Source: Bugula neritina (lineage: Eukaryota; Animalia; Bryozoa). Taken from it: 64,000 bases of DNA. Below are positions 1 through 13,500 of this stretch, in pieces. A program made the translations under genes and the position numbers. The stretch is taken from assembly GCA_964035545.1 (NCBI GenBank), contig OZ037767.1, forward strand, positions 2,987,680 through 3,051,679, given 5' to 3'. Each line of letters opens with the position of its first letter. Position 1 is the stretch's first letter. The notes under the pieces were generated by a model, which ran no database searches, was not told the origin of the DNA, and saw only the letters and a program-made list of their open reading frames with translations.

Positions 1-448
1 CTGTATTCTATTACATAAAGTTAATACTAGGGAATTAAATGTCCACACACTGCTTGCTCACATTACTGTGAATTTCACTCACCTTTGCTCGAATATTTAC
101 TGGTGTATATGTAAAACACTAATCAAAGATCATTCATAATAAAATGAAATAACATCAATCAATGCCTTTCAATGAATTATCGACCACATCACTATTGAAC
201 ACTTTTAAACACATGACATTCAGATGGTTGAAGACGAGTTTACAAGCCTAAATATAAAAAAATGTTAGAATTTGAATTCTAGGATAGACCTGAGCTCATA
301 AATGGGCACGAACTTTTGGCAAGCTCCAAAAATAGTTTTTAACATCAGAAGATGGTATTGGACAGGTGCTGACTGCAATGCGAGTGATGTAAACATTATG
401 TAGCATTACTAGGTACTGTAACGTTACAGCATCGTAGACATGACTCAA

Positions 449-2774
449 CTATTTCTGGCCTGCTGCCTGAGCTCTTAGGATATCCCCAGGACTAGGATAG
501 GGTCTCTGCTGAAAGAGAGGTCCATTTGCTGTTGTGTCTACACCTGTCTTTGTGTCAGCCTTCAGTCCTGTACTCCAACTACCTCTCTCAACCTGCGTAA
601 TGTAATGAGATGCGAAACGTAGAGCACGGGCTAAAGAGAAACGTATATTTAAATTTAATTTATCCAGTACACTAACCACACTACTACCTTAACCAGATTA
701 CTATACTATGCTATATTATACTATACTCTACTATACTATACTCTACTCTACTATACTATACTACTATACTAGTCACATGCACACCAAACATACTACTACA
801 CTTACTAAACTATACCATATTATACCATACTATACCATATCATACTATACCATACTATACCATATACCATATTATACCATACTATACCATATCATACCAT
901 ATAATACCATATTATACCGTACAACCAACTAACCTCTGAGTAGGATGCCGGGTCCATAGGATCCAACTCCTCGTGCCTCTCTGCGAGTCTGCTAGCTTTT
1001 CTTTTCGGCTCCTTTATGGATACACTGACTGGTTTACGTCTCTCGCTTGTCTTCAATCCAGCTAATATAAAGTGTATATCAAACTAACAGAGAGTTTATC
1101 ACAACTACTGTTTATCTTACAGAATGTTATTGTAAAAAGCTATCACATATGTTTATAATTCAACAGTTTAGATATTTCCATTAACCATACTTCTCAAATG
1201 ATAACTAAGGCATTAAAGTACACGGTATAACTACGACTAGCAAGCATCATTCTAGTTCCTATAACACAAGTGTATAGCTAAGACAAGATATTACATACAC
1301 ACCCTCCTGCACTGACGACGTTCGGAGATGAGATTGTAATTTTTCAGCAGACACTGTTATCTTTGCCCTTGGGTGTTGTGGAGGTAACCATGATACCTAC
1401 ACCACAAACAAGTATATGTAGCTACTGATTACTAGACCGTATAACTGAGGTGGCTGATCAGTGGTACACATTGACTCGTACAAATACATTAGATATTCAT
1501 CGCAGAAAATAAATTTTTTCTGTTTTGAAAAAACTAGCTTTTAAACTTTTTTCAAACAGGTTTCGTTCAATTTCTGCTTAGAAAAGCAAAAATAAACATA
1601 ATTACAATTACATTTAACATTTGATAACGCATAGAACAAGGTTTCCTGATATTTCCACTAACCCAGTGAACAGGATGAGGTATCAAGTTTTACTATCACC
1701 TACAAACGTCTTTTGCTAGCATAAAACATGAAACTATGTCATCAAAGTGAACCCAAACAAACCTTATCTGTTTCTGCGTTCCAATAGTAACACCTGGAAG
1801 ATTCCGGATCCCCTACTTCAGTCCAACCAACAGGAAGTGGGTACTTCTTCAACATTCTCAGTCGCTTTCTCTCGTCACTCACTCTGTGCTCAAACGGCTT
1901 CAGCCCAAAACTCTCCTTACAAAACTCGATACACTCGTGATGCCTGTTGGTTCTGTTAGGACAGTCAGCGACCTCAAACACGACCTACAAGACACGGCAG
2001 CTGGGATACTTGCTAACATACATCAACCACTAGCTATATACAGTTTATAATCAGCTTAGAGGAATACATTTCTTGAGTTGCGCTTTGCACCAATAGCTAC
2101 TTGATGTTTCTATTAACCTATAAAACTGGCGAGTTAGGCTATTTTTGCTCATATGTTTTAGAACATTCTAGAATGCTATTTTCTATACAAGAGACACAGA
2201 ATTCTGTTGAAGTCAGTAATAGTCGGCCACAATTAAGCGCATCATCAAAAAATTTAGTTACAGTTGAAACTGTGAATTAAAATTAGAAATACTTTATTCC
2301 TATGCATGACCTACAAAGAATATTCAAATAACTTGAAAAACAGTCAAAGATGAGTTTAAATTAAAAAATGACGCAAGTGTATAATATGAAGTCACAGTCA
2401 CAGCTAAATAAGTGAGTAAAACAGAGTTGCCTTACCTTCACGGAGAAATCTTCCTCTGGAACCTGAGGCTGAGTGTCCATAGGCTCATTCTGGTCTTTCT
2501 CATCATAACTTTCAGCAAAAACTTCTTCTACCTGTTCACAACAATTCAGCAACCAGTTTAATGCCAAAAGTATATCATCAAATACACATAATTATTACTA
2601 GCCAGTAAAAAAAGGTTTTCACCCTTAATACTTGGGACTCAAGGATAGCAGATGCATTTAATGATTTCAACCAACAAAATACAAGAATTAGATCATTAAG
2701 CAAACCTGTTCACTGTCTTGATGAACAATACCCCTGTTTTTGAGCCTTGCAAGCAATGCGGCAGGCAGTGGCAT
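449..2774 (-). CDS. PQBP1: Polyglutamine-binding protein 1 (WW-domain splicing factor), 6 coding exons, ~250 aa
   Basis: Exons 2774-2706, 2531-2436, 1984-1763, 1396-1303, 1061-934, 592-449, all GT-AG and in phase. N-terminus [27 protein letters not shown] domain [25 protein letters not shown]|VSWLPP, and C-terminal [45 protein letters not shown] are characteristic of PQBP1. Confidence 0.95.
697..925. repeat. Pentameric low-complexity repeat (CTATA)n/(TACCA)n in the last PQBP1 intron
   Basis: Runs of ctata/ctcta followed by tacca/tatta units; explains the spurious ORF 708..932. Confidence 0.85.
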
Positions 2775-2789
2775 GTTGTACTGCAGTCT

Positions 2790-4760
2790 AAAACAAGTGG
2801 GTTGACTTCTAAAATTCTTTAACTTAGCAGATTTTCATGAGCATAAGTAAAAAATATGAGGAATGCAACAAAATTCTGAATTTAAGAAACCAGTTGTTTC
2901 CTATCAGTATCTCTAATAACCTCAGATTCCTCCTAATAATGATAAAATAACAAAGCTTTCAACACTTCTATTAGCAATCATTGAAGGTAAAATAATAATA
3001 TATAATGATATGCCAATGTAAGCCTTAAGGTACAATGTTCCATTAGACATTAGTATCATTCAAATAATTATTCTAATAGATTTATACTAATACTAAAAGT
3101 TATAGTAATACCTATTCTTACACTTATAGGTTACAACTTATAAGTTATAGCTCTTATATTTAATCATTGAATTTCATAATATAAATTTAACTTTAAGCCT
3201 TAAGGCCTAAGGCCTAAGGGCTAAGGGTATAATATCAATTGTAGTTATTACTATACTTATAATTTAATATTCAACCATTATTCATTAATGTTATAATAAC
3301 TAGTATTATATTTATAATATTAAAAGTAACTATAACTAATATTGAATTTTTAGTCATTGTATATTAATAATAATTTAAATTAAAGTAGTGAACTTAGTTT
3401 TAATATCCACATCAGACGCAACAAATTCAACTACTTTTTATATTGCTTTTTATATTACTCTGAAGCCTAAAAACATTTTCAAAAACTTGTAGTACAATTT
3501 ATAAAAAAAAGTTACAAATACTGACTATCTGCTAGCTTTTGATATCCTCAAAATACCTACAATTTTTTTGGTAGATTTCCTAATCAAATTAAATTATCTC
3601 ACTGAAAAGTAGATCTATCTAACCTTGACCTTAGTAAAAAAACTAAATTGTTTTCCCCTGCGTAAAACATGGTGCAAATATGCGATTTCCCGATGAAGTC
3701 ATTGAAATTGTATGCTAGACTCTCAGCAAAGAAGCTGGTGCAAGGACGATGAAAGACATGAAAGTACACTCATTCACTGCATGAGTATCAGTACATCATC
3801 AGTGTGATTATTCACTAATGACTTAGTAAAATAGTTAACAAAAGAAACATAGTTGTTACAGTATAAGTTGACTAATCCCACACTTGTATTAGTCTTGGTC
3901 ACAGTTTAATTGAGATTTTTTTCTAGTAAAACTTGGGCACTAAAAGTAAGACTAATACTAATAGTAATAGTAATAGACATAGTGATAGTTCAAGTTTAAG
4001 TTTTACAGTGTTCTAGTTTTACTTTTTTATTTTACTAATAACTAAAGTGAAAAGAAGAAATTGAAATAAGTATAACGCCAACTCCAAGTTGAGTCCAAGA
4101 CCCAGTCTAAAAGTAAGTCAAAGTGGAACTGTATAGACTACTGTAAGTGTAAGAGTTGGCAACATCACTATCAGTGTGAGCATTGTGATTGCATTTGCTA
4201 TCAGTATCACTCTGATTATTACTCTATTAGACTTAGAGTATTACTATTAGTATCCGTATACATATTACTATTAATAATAGTATTAAATTTCAGTACTGGC
4301 ATTACTGTGGTCGCACAACCGCAATGACAGTGTAGTAGTTGTAAATTAAATCTTATACTTATAATTTATAGTAATTATATTGGTGTTAAAGTTATAATTA
4401 TGCTACTTAAGTACTAACAATTATTGCTAGCAGTAGCAATTTTTAGATTTTGTTATAACAATGATTCGCAGACAACAGTTACGATTAGTTTTAGTTGCAA
4501 TAAAATTAAATATAATTAGGCTATACAGTATACTTATAAATGCAGTATAATGATCACTAATGATTAAATAATAATTTAAAATAAATGATGGGTTACAATT
4601 GTAGATTAGAGATAAGTTATTCAATCTAGCAGTTGATTTTATACCAACAGCAATATTATGTAACACTGGTAATAGTAATTTTAGTATAATGAAATTTTTC
4701 GATTTGTTTGTTGGGTTCTATATTTTGGGCTTATTTGTATTCACCTAAACGCCTGTTTAC
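2790..4760. promoter_or_regulatory. Divergent intergenic region PQBP1/SMIM12, probable bidirectional promoter with 5'UTR introns
   Basis: Start codons at 2774 (-) and 4805 (+) face away from each other. Splice acceptors precede both ATGs (2788-2790 and 4760-4762). A less AT-rich core lies at ~3640-3800. TSS not determinable. Confidence 0.5.
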
Positions 4761-4804
4761 AGGGTTTTCAGCTGTGATTTGTTGAGAAATTTCAATCTTT
4801 GATC

Positions 4805-6197
4805 ATGCTACCAGCACTGTGGGCTGCTGTAGCTGAAGCTGGACCCATTATTCTACTTCCTGTCTCCATTACTATTGGTTTCATAGGCTACAAAGTCGAG
4901 AGTTATATTACTAGAAATAAAGAAGACAACCAACGAGCTAGTATTATCGTAAGTGCATACAACTGTCTTACACTGAAACTGTCTCTTTTAGAGCAGTCTA
5001 ACAGCCTCTCCCAACATGTGGCACATTACGGCAGCGTGGAGATTAGCTCAGCGGTATGCACCGATAGTCATGCTGCCGGTTTCCATGGTCGTAGGGTATA
5101 TAGGATATAATTTAGAGAAATTACGAAGCGACAATGGCTCTGCCAATTCTTCACCAAGTGTTATAGTAAGTGCGATTTGATGTTCAACACATACACTGAA
5201 TATTTTTTCGTGTTTATATCAACTGCATACAATACAAGAAAGTTTATTTTTATAATTTAACACATATCTATATTGACATTGTTTTAGTTTTTAGTTACTC
5301 GTTCAATCTGCAACTGGGAGTCACATTTGAGGTTTTTTTCATTGTTGGTGTGTTTAGTGGACCCTTTGGATAATAAATATTGTGCTGCTTGTAGTGTGAC
5401 AATAATACTTTATATAGAGCAACATTGCAACTTTATGCATTTTCAGCTCGTTAGGCAATAAAACTTCTTTTAATGTCACAAAAGCAGCAAGCTTGATGAT
5501 AAATTGAAGGCTCCTAACTATAAATTTAGCCGCGGTTTATCGGTTAGAGCACTGGCCTAGTTTGACATGCATGTCCCATGTCATTGGTTCAGATACCAGC
5601 AGAGCCATTTGTAATGTCGGGAATGACTACGCTGTATCTCAGAAAGCCCTAGAAATCGTGATAAGGGGCGCAGTGACTCACCTCAAAAACCATTCAGCTT
5701 CTTGAAGGAATTACGACTGTAAACAATGCGAATATTTGTCCTTGGTTTTCCATACTATTCCCACGGGTGGTGCTGTTAATGTTAGAACTACACATGTATT
5801 GTCATATATGCTTTGTATAGAATGTTCTAGACAAGGCTTGCTACTCAAGTGTTAGTTGTCACAAGTTGCACTGCACAATGTTGTAGTATTTAAACAAATC
5901 TGCTCCTGGTAGATAGATAGATTATGTTGACAAATTTGAGCAGTTTTTATTCAAAATAAACTTACATTTATTTTCCTGCTGATATCATTTTTTTTCGTGA
6001 TTCAACCAAGTATGCCTTTACCCCCTGCTTGCCTGATTTCATCACACTCATGCTGTCTGTAGGAGACGAGAGATGAGAGGTGTGCTGATGATTTGCTCAA
6101 AGACCCCACAAACGTTCCTTCTCTGAAGAGTAAGGTAGACGTGCCTAAAACCAGTTTACTGACTAACGATCCTTCTAGGTTGCATGAGAAGCGGTGA
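4805..6197 (+). CDS. SMIM12: Small integral membrane protein 12 (UPF0767 family), 2 coding exons, 92 aa
   Basis: Exons 4805-4948 (MLPALWAAVAEAGPIILLPVSITIGFIGYKVESYITRNKEDNQRASII|gtaagt) and 6063-6197 (ETRDERCADDLLKDPTNVPSLKSKVDVPKTSLLTNDPSRLHEKR*). Single TM segment with P..V..+G.+GY.+E and S+.E.R.+R..D+L..D.T.V.SLK.K patterns typical of SMIM12. Confidence 0.88.
5529..5724 (+). mobile_element. Degenerate tRNA-derived SINE-like element (SMIM12 intron)
   Basis: A-box-like cggtttatcggttagagc, B-box-like ggttcagatacc, and 3' end ggaattacgactgtaaac, which resembles the end of the copy at 10384-10583 (ggaatagcgactataaac). Confidence 0.5.
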
Positions 6198-7540
6198 CAT
6201 AGACCAGCCAACAATTTACTAGGAACTTGGGCAACTTTTAGTTGACTTTTTTTTACTCATCCAGTCTATATTATAGCTGTTCTCTTTTTTAAAATCTAAT
6301 ATTAGTGCATGCATCCTGGTGTTAAAGGATGCAAAAAATATTTAAAACTTTCATTAATTTTCTTTAATGTGTTTTGTTATGTTAACAGTGCACTGCTATT
6401 TTTATGCTAAGACTGGTTGTTACATCACTAAATTGTTAAAATAGTCTTGGGGAAGAATTCTGGCATGAGCACTAACCAAATTTTAACCCATATTTTATAA
6501 AGTTTAATTTCCATCAAGCTCGCATGAATGCTCTAATTTGCCTTTGGAGTTATCTGAACAATAGCTGCAATAAATTGACGGGGAAAACAACTCTAAGCAA
6601 TTACTTTTACTGTACATACAGTATAAATATGTGCATAATATGAGCTCCCGGTGTGTTACTATTGATTATTACATTAATCATTTAATCATCTGACACACGA
6701 GCTTTCTGTTTGTTTATTGAATAAAAAGATTTCACTACATGACTTGTATTGGTTTGTATTAAGTTACTTTTGATGAAGGTGTTGGCGTTTCCAATAGACT
6801 AATATTTATTTATTGTTGAGCATACATAAGTTTTAGACTGTATTTTTTGTCTGCTGTAACAGTTCTAATATCAGTATTTAAATATATTCTCTTGACTAAG
6901 GTTTACCTGTGAATAATTAAAGGCTTGAGGCAGTATAATTGGTTTATAGAGTAGTTGTATAAGGATTTAAATCAAGTCATGAGTGTTTACTTCAGTTGCT
7001 AGGAAGAGTAATGAAGGTGTCTGGGTACACCATATAGTAACCAGCAGGCATCGTAATCAATACGCATGCTTCCTTTATACTCATTCTCTTGTTAAAACTC
7101 CATTGTTGAAATTGTAAGAAGTCCTTTAGCTCTATGATCAATCACCATAGGCTAAAACTTTGACACTAATCATCTACTTTGACTATTATAACTGCACTAG
7201 AGCGTTTGTTTTTCTTGCTCTTAGTTTTGTAAACACTTAAAGGTGTATCATTAAATACCAGGTATTTATAAATGCAAATCAATATTATAGAACATTGCAG
7301 TCTCAGCTGTGATTAAATATAATAGTTTTTAAACCTGGGTTTGAACATGCAACTTTCGTAGTTAGTTCACCTTGTTGTGGCAGCATTTATTTATATGCCA
7401 TCTTTGACTGCTTCTTATTATTTAACTCAGCTTATGCTTTTTCCAGTCGTTTATTCTAATTTCTCTCAGAGGAGTAATTAACTGAGTCTTCAGACCAGCT
7501 GATAGGTTTACCGCAAGTATCCAGTGCTTGTCATTTCAAA

Positions 7541-10500
7541 ATGGCTGACCTTGTGCAGCCGATATTCTCCACTCAAGTTGGAGACTACCAGGAGGTTAGT
7601 AGCTGATACTGTTTTTGGTGTAAGTGCCTTACGTCACAGGATACCTTACATGTGTAAGTGTGTACATCACATGATACCTTCCATGTGTAAGTGTGTACAC
7701 CACATGACACCTTACATGTGTAAGTGTGTACATCACATGATACCTTCCATGTGTAAGTGTGTACATCACATGATGACTCAACAGTATGTACCGCTGAATC
7801 ATGTGATAAAACTACGTAGTGTTTCCTGCTTTATAGTTGGAGGATTTCAAACAGGTCTTGGAAAATGAAGTGTTTTGGTCATCAACTTTTAGATTATGCT
7901 TTAGCCAGTTACCTGCAATGATATGTAAATGGTTTATGAAGTGAATGTGTTTTTGTACATATTTACTCATTTAGAAATCTTATTAAATATCATTAAATTG
8001 TGTATATTATTGTATGCATTCCAAGACAAATCGTACATCTATACTAAAAGTTTGACAGCTTTTAAATTTTGTGAAACTGAATATTTTTATGTAGCTGTGC
8101 ACGGTAAAGTCTTCAATTATACCATGTTCTATGGGTATTAGCAATTGTATCTTATTTATTGTCAGAAAAAGCTAAAAAGGATTAGATTTATGGTAAGTAG
8201 AGCTGCACACGTACCAACTCATAGGTTAGAAACATACTCTCTGCTATCAACATATCTAATGCCTATCTTAGACCAGTCAGAACTATTCACCTCTAACCAC
8301 TGCTGTGTTGAGTTCTTTTATTTCGAATTACAAGTTCAAACTAATCATTGAGTTTAAACCAAAAGATATGCTAGAAATGCTTTATTATGGACATTTTTGC
8401 CTACTTTTATGATATTTCTTTTAATGTTTGAAATCTGTTATCAGCCCGGCCACATAGTTATTACTCATTACGCCAAGCTTGTTGTTTGTAGAGTGTGTTA
8501 TGTCTTATTATTTTATTCTTTTGTCAACATTTGCTGACTAAATTAGTTGTTTCATGATTAGATGTTATCTTCTGTTTTTATTGAACTTCATGCTGCGTGT
8601 ATGTGCTAGACAACAAAATAAATAACACTGTTTGTGCAGGCAATATCTACTTGTGTTTAAAGTCATGCTCAAAAATAATAACTAAAACACTTTCTATTAC
8701 ACTTGGTTTCTCCTGTAATGGGGTTGTAGTACACACGTAGGCTAGCCTCCCATAACTAGGCCAAGTATGGCTGCAGGTTTACTCAGCTCTGTTTATGTTT
8801 AGTTTGATGTATTTCAAAGGGTTCCGCCCATTTCCTGAGGACAGCATCCCGGGCAGCCTCTCGTGCAGAACCCCTCGAAAGTAGCACTGATTCATCCACC
8901 ACTTCCTACCTGAAACAACTAACCAAAGATATATACGACTCCAACCCTGAGCTAGTCTGTGAAATTGATAGAATTATTAGAGGTGGGCTGGGCTGGTGTA
9001 TAATCAAATTTATATTACAATCACATATGATGTGTTATATTTGTTCACAAAAATGGTTTGTTAACATTTTGACCTTTAAGCCATCGATTCAATGTTTTTG
9101 GGAGAAGTATATACATTCTGTTTGAACACCTAGCACCACCATTCCGGTCAAAAGACAGTTGGACTGTTGAAGTAGTTATTCTAGTAGACTTACTTCTAGT
9201 AGAAATACTAATTAGGTAGATATCCAAGTTGTAAAGTAAACTGAATGCATTTCTTCTACTTCTGACTCAGGGAAGCCGGATATAGCAAACTCGGTGTTGA
9301 CACTGAAGGCTGTTGACGAGGACTGCAGTGATGATTACGACACAGACCTGGATGTTGACGAAGAAGGTATTTGATGCGTAGCGATATAGTTTTGGTCTAT
9401 TTTACAAAAAAAACTAAATTTTTAACCACAGATGCAGATCATATATTAAAAGGATAAGCATGTGACGAAATAGAAGACAACTTTGTGTTTTACTGTATTC
9501 AAAGCAGGGAAAGCCAATCAAGAGGCTCATAAATGTTTCATAAACCTTCTAGTTCCAGGAATTGTGTTGGTTTTATCTCTTACATTTCTTTGCTTTTTAA
9601 CTTGATTTTTTTTGCTTACCACATTGCAATCTGTTTTATATTAAATTTTATACGAGTTATTATGACTTGATTTACCTGGTTTACCAGGTTCTCCCTGCTT
9701 CACTAATTAACAGTTTCATGTTGACTCAAACATGGACTATTAAAAACAGTGGCTGCCTTGGCTATCTTTCATATTGTCATGAGTGAAAGATATTGTCATT
9801 CTATTTTCTACATTAAACCTTTTCACTGCAATTTAAATATTTTCCCTGTCAGATAAAATAAATATTTAGTTAGTAGATACAGTACAAAACTTGTGTACAT
9901 TGACTTATAAAGCTGGTATTAATGTTTTTAAGTACCTAGTAATATTATAATATATTCATCGGTGTTTAAATAGAAATTTAAGTAGTAATATAACTATATA
10001 GAGGTTAGTTAAACCAACTCCCATATAAAACTCTCAGTAAAAGTAATTAGCTCAAAGTTTTTCTATATGTAAGATGTGCAGACTCGTTCTCATTTTTACT
10101 ACCATCTGTTATTTGAATGTCAATATAATTTATTGATTATTGTTTTAAAGATAATTAGTTTTGTGGAAAGCACAAATGTTAGTTAATAAACTACTCATAG
10201 AAGCACAAGCTGTGCTGAGACCAAATTCTTCAAAATCATATGGAAAACAATCGACTTTCAGTTCTGTAAATACAAAACCTTTTTTCACATTTTGTAAGCA
10301 GGAAAGTTTATTAGATTTGTGTTGCTTCTCATTTTGTTTGCCGCTATTAATAATATCTACACGAGTAGTTAAGGAACATGAAAGGGAGCGCCGTGGTTTA
10401 GAGGTTAGAGCGTTTGCTTAGTAAACACAAAGTCATGGGTTTGAACCCCGACAAAGGCCATTGGTGATATTAGGAAGAGCATCCAGTCACAATTGCTCCT

Positions 10501-13500
10501 GTGCTTCATTTAAATAAGTCCTTAGCCTGCTTTAACAAAAGCCCTTTCTATCAGGGGTTTCTCACAGGAATAGCGACTATAAACTTGCGTGAGTTAGTTA
10601 AGGAACATGGTCGGCTGTTTCAGATTACGGGGAGGCTGCCTACCTCAAGCTAGAGAAACACGACACAACCGGTGCCCTGCAGTACATCCGCTACTGTGAA
10701 CAGTTGGGAGTTGTCCCTGTCCAGTTCTTCCTCCGACATCATCAGGAAACTAAGTTTGTGATGCGGTACCACGGGCTAGGCAGTAAGGGAGCTCAGGCTT
10801 TGTGCATTCCATTAGAGGTAACTTGCAAACATTTCTCCCTTATGATCCACGGTATTAAAACATTATTCACGACTTTCTCTTGTTTTATCAACATTAGGAT
10901 TCTTAAAATATTTTTAGCAAAAAGCCATTTTAAGGAAATTAGGTTATTTATAAATTTGAATTAGTATGAATGGAGAGACAGCAGCTGTAAAAGTAATTAG
11001 TTGCTGGAAAAGAAGTTTGTAGTAGTAACATATTTTTGAAAGTTTTGCACTCATATTGCTAGTATGTGGATTTGAGGCCATTTGTTAATTTCTGCTGAAG
11101 CGTCAACCACAGCTATAGTATTTTTAAAAACAATATTGGAGTATTTTATTTTAATTTAATTTTATTTATTTTATTTTAATTTTCTACTAGTATATTCCTG
11201 TTGTTTTTATTTTGTAGAAAAATACTTACATAACTAAGCTAAACCTGGAAGGAAATGATGTGGAATCATCAGGAGTTGTTTCCCTCTGTAAAATGTTGAC
11301 TGAGAATTTATACATTACAGAAATAGTAAGTATACTAGCATTAAACTAAAACTAAAGTAATTTGTTTAAGGAATAAAGTGCAAGAGTTTGTATTTGGTTA
11401 TTAAATGATTTCACTTGTAGTGTGCTTGGTTTCAAAATTAAAGTATCGTGATTTGTGATGGTTAATTGGATAAATCTAGTTAAGGGAGAGGATTTCAAAA
11501 AAAAATTTTAGTGGGTATATCAACATAATCAAAGTCATAGCATTATGAACTAAACAATACTTTTAGAATCTAGCAGAGAACAATGTGTTGTCAGAAGGAG
11601 TGGAGTGTATGTGTGAATGTTTAACCAATAACAACCGAATCACACTCCTGGATTTGTCCGGCAACCATCTCGGTGATCGTGACGCAAAGCAAATTGCCAG
11701 CATGTTACAGGTCTGTATTTTAACTCATAAAGGTTTATTCGCTGTACTCGTATGTAATGCACTTCATAACATACACTTGTTTGGGGGAATTTCTTCAACT
11801 AACTGACTTTGACATATACTTGGGTCATCAGGCAGTCAAGGCGTGTTGTTAGTATCAAGTGTAGTAGATTTTGTGGGTTAGAATAAATTAGGCAGAGAAC
11901 ATAACTCTCTGTATGGTAAGAGAGAAAAGAGCAGGTATAAATGTGAATGTAGTAGTCTTTATTGTAGCGTAATTAGATCCTTTATGAGCTCCAGCTGTAT
12001 GCTGAAATACAACTGCGAGCTCGCCTCTTAGTATAGTAGTACAAAATCTTGTTCTAGAAACTTCAACCGAAGTTCGGAATGTCAGAGTTCTAAATGACCG
12101 ACAGTCGGAAAATTGGGCGTCTGACACTCCGAACCTCAGTCGCGAACAATTTACACAAAACAAAAAGAGCGAGCAATAATAAACTTACGAGAATAAAAAT
12201 AAAGATAATGAGAGAATAATTCTTGAAAACCATTACACAAGTATTTACTCCACCTCCACACGTGTCAACTAGTCACATAAAAATGACTTGTTTTCTTTCA
12301 ATTCTAACACTTTAATAAAAAGTTTGTGTTATAATAAAGAATAACACAAAACTTGCAATTAAATTGCTTAATATGACTATAACTTGAATTATTACAAGAC
12401 ATAAATTAACATAAACTGTAGTTTTGAATTGTTTTGATTATATTGAAGACTTGCGTGAACTTAGATGTATAGTTAGAGTCTGTATGGTTTAGAAAAACAC
12501 GACGCTGAAGAAGCTTTACCTCAGTTACAACAGGTTTGGGGACGACTCCGGCCTTCACTTTAAAGATGCTCTGTCGTACAATGACACTCTTCAACTGCTG
12601 GACCTCAGCTGGAATCACTTCCGGCCAACAGCGGGTGTTCTCATTTCAGAGGGAGTGAAGGTAACCCTTCTAAACTAACCTTTAAATCTTGACAATGATG
12701 TAGCCTGGCACTTGGTTGGTGCTATTAGACAATTCAATATGGAGTTGTATGCACTATCTAACCTCACAGAATGTGTGTATTATTTTACAGGCTTTTAAAT
12801 TTTAATTTTTAATTCTAAATAATTTAAAACTTTCAAATTGATATTTTAATGATGTAATGGAGTGTCAGGTTTGGAAACTTTTCTATTTTAAATTTACGGT
12901 TGATATACATTCAGATACTTGCGTGTGTCTAAATGAAACACTTTTCAGTTGAAATATTTTGTGATGCAGGCTCAAGGAGAGAAATTGCCGGTAAGATGGT
13001 TATTTTGTTCTTTGATTTATACTTAGCTGCATGTTAACATAGTTGTGTTAATTCAAATCAAACATGATCATTGATTATGTTAATTTTTAGCACATTTCTC
13101 TTTCCCCTAAATTCTTAGCACTAAACTAATTAATGGAGAATGCTATAGAAAGACTAAGTCTTTTTTGGAACTGTTATGTAAGGGATGTCCAATTTAGCTG
13201 ATGTTGTACTGACACATGAATTTAAATAACAGTAGCTTTTTATTAGAGCACAAATGTTTGTAAATTTGCAATAACATTTTTCTAGAACCCTAAAAACATA
13301 TATTTTGTTTAAAAAGATGTGTTAGTATTAGACAGCCATGTGGTTCTAAAGGTTTAGCTCTTCATAATGCATGCATGTATCTTCTCCATCTCACCTCTAT
13401 TATAGTAAGTTATATTTTTGTATTTACTATGCTGCATGTTTTACATAGTTCAACTAGTCGCTTCTGGTGTACTCCACCTATGATGTCATAGATAAATGGT

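Noticed and set aside
708-932. Tyr/Ile/His-rich ORF
   Set aside because: Translation of a pentamer repeat inside a PQBP1 intron.
6995-7007. GTTGCTAGGAAGA as an RFX X-box in the LRRC74 promoter
   Set aside because: Only one half-site matches well; too weak to call.
7524-7868. 114-aa ORF with MCKCVHHM repeats (metallothionein-like look)
   Set aside because: Produced by the 33-bp minisatellite; non-ATG start and a different frame from the LRRC74 exon.
8767-8776. ATGGCTGCAG|GT as an alternative LRRC74 start
   Set aside because: Splicing it to the 8820 acceptor gives the wrong frame and an early stop; the 7541 exon fits the phase.
11886-12290. CpG-richer intronic patches (also ~16480-16870 and ~45980-46150) as ncRNA genes
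   Set aside because: No recognisable RNA motifs or termini; probably old TE fragments, but I cannot support a specific call.
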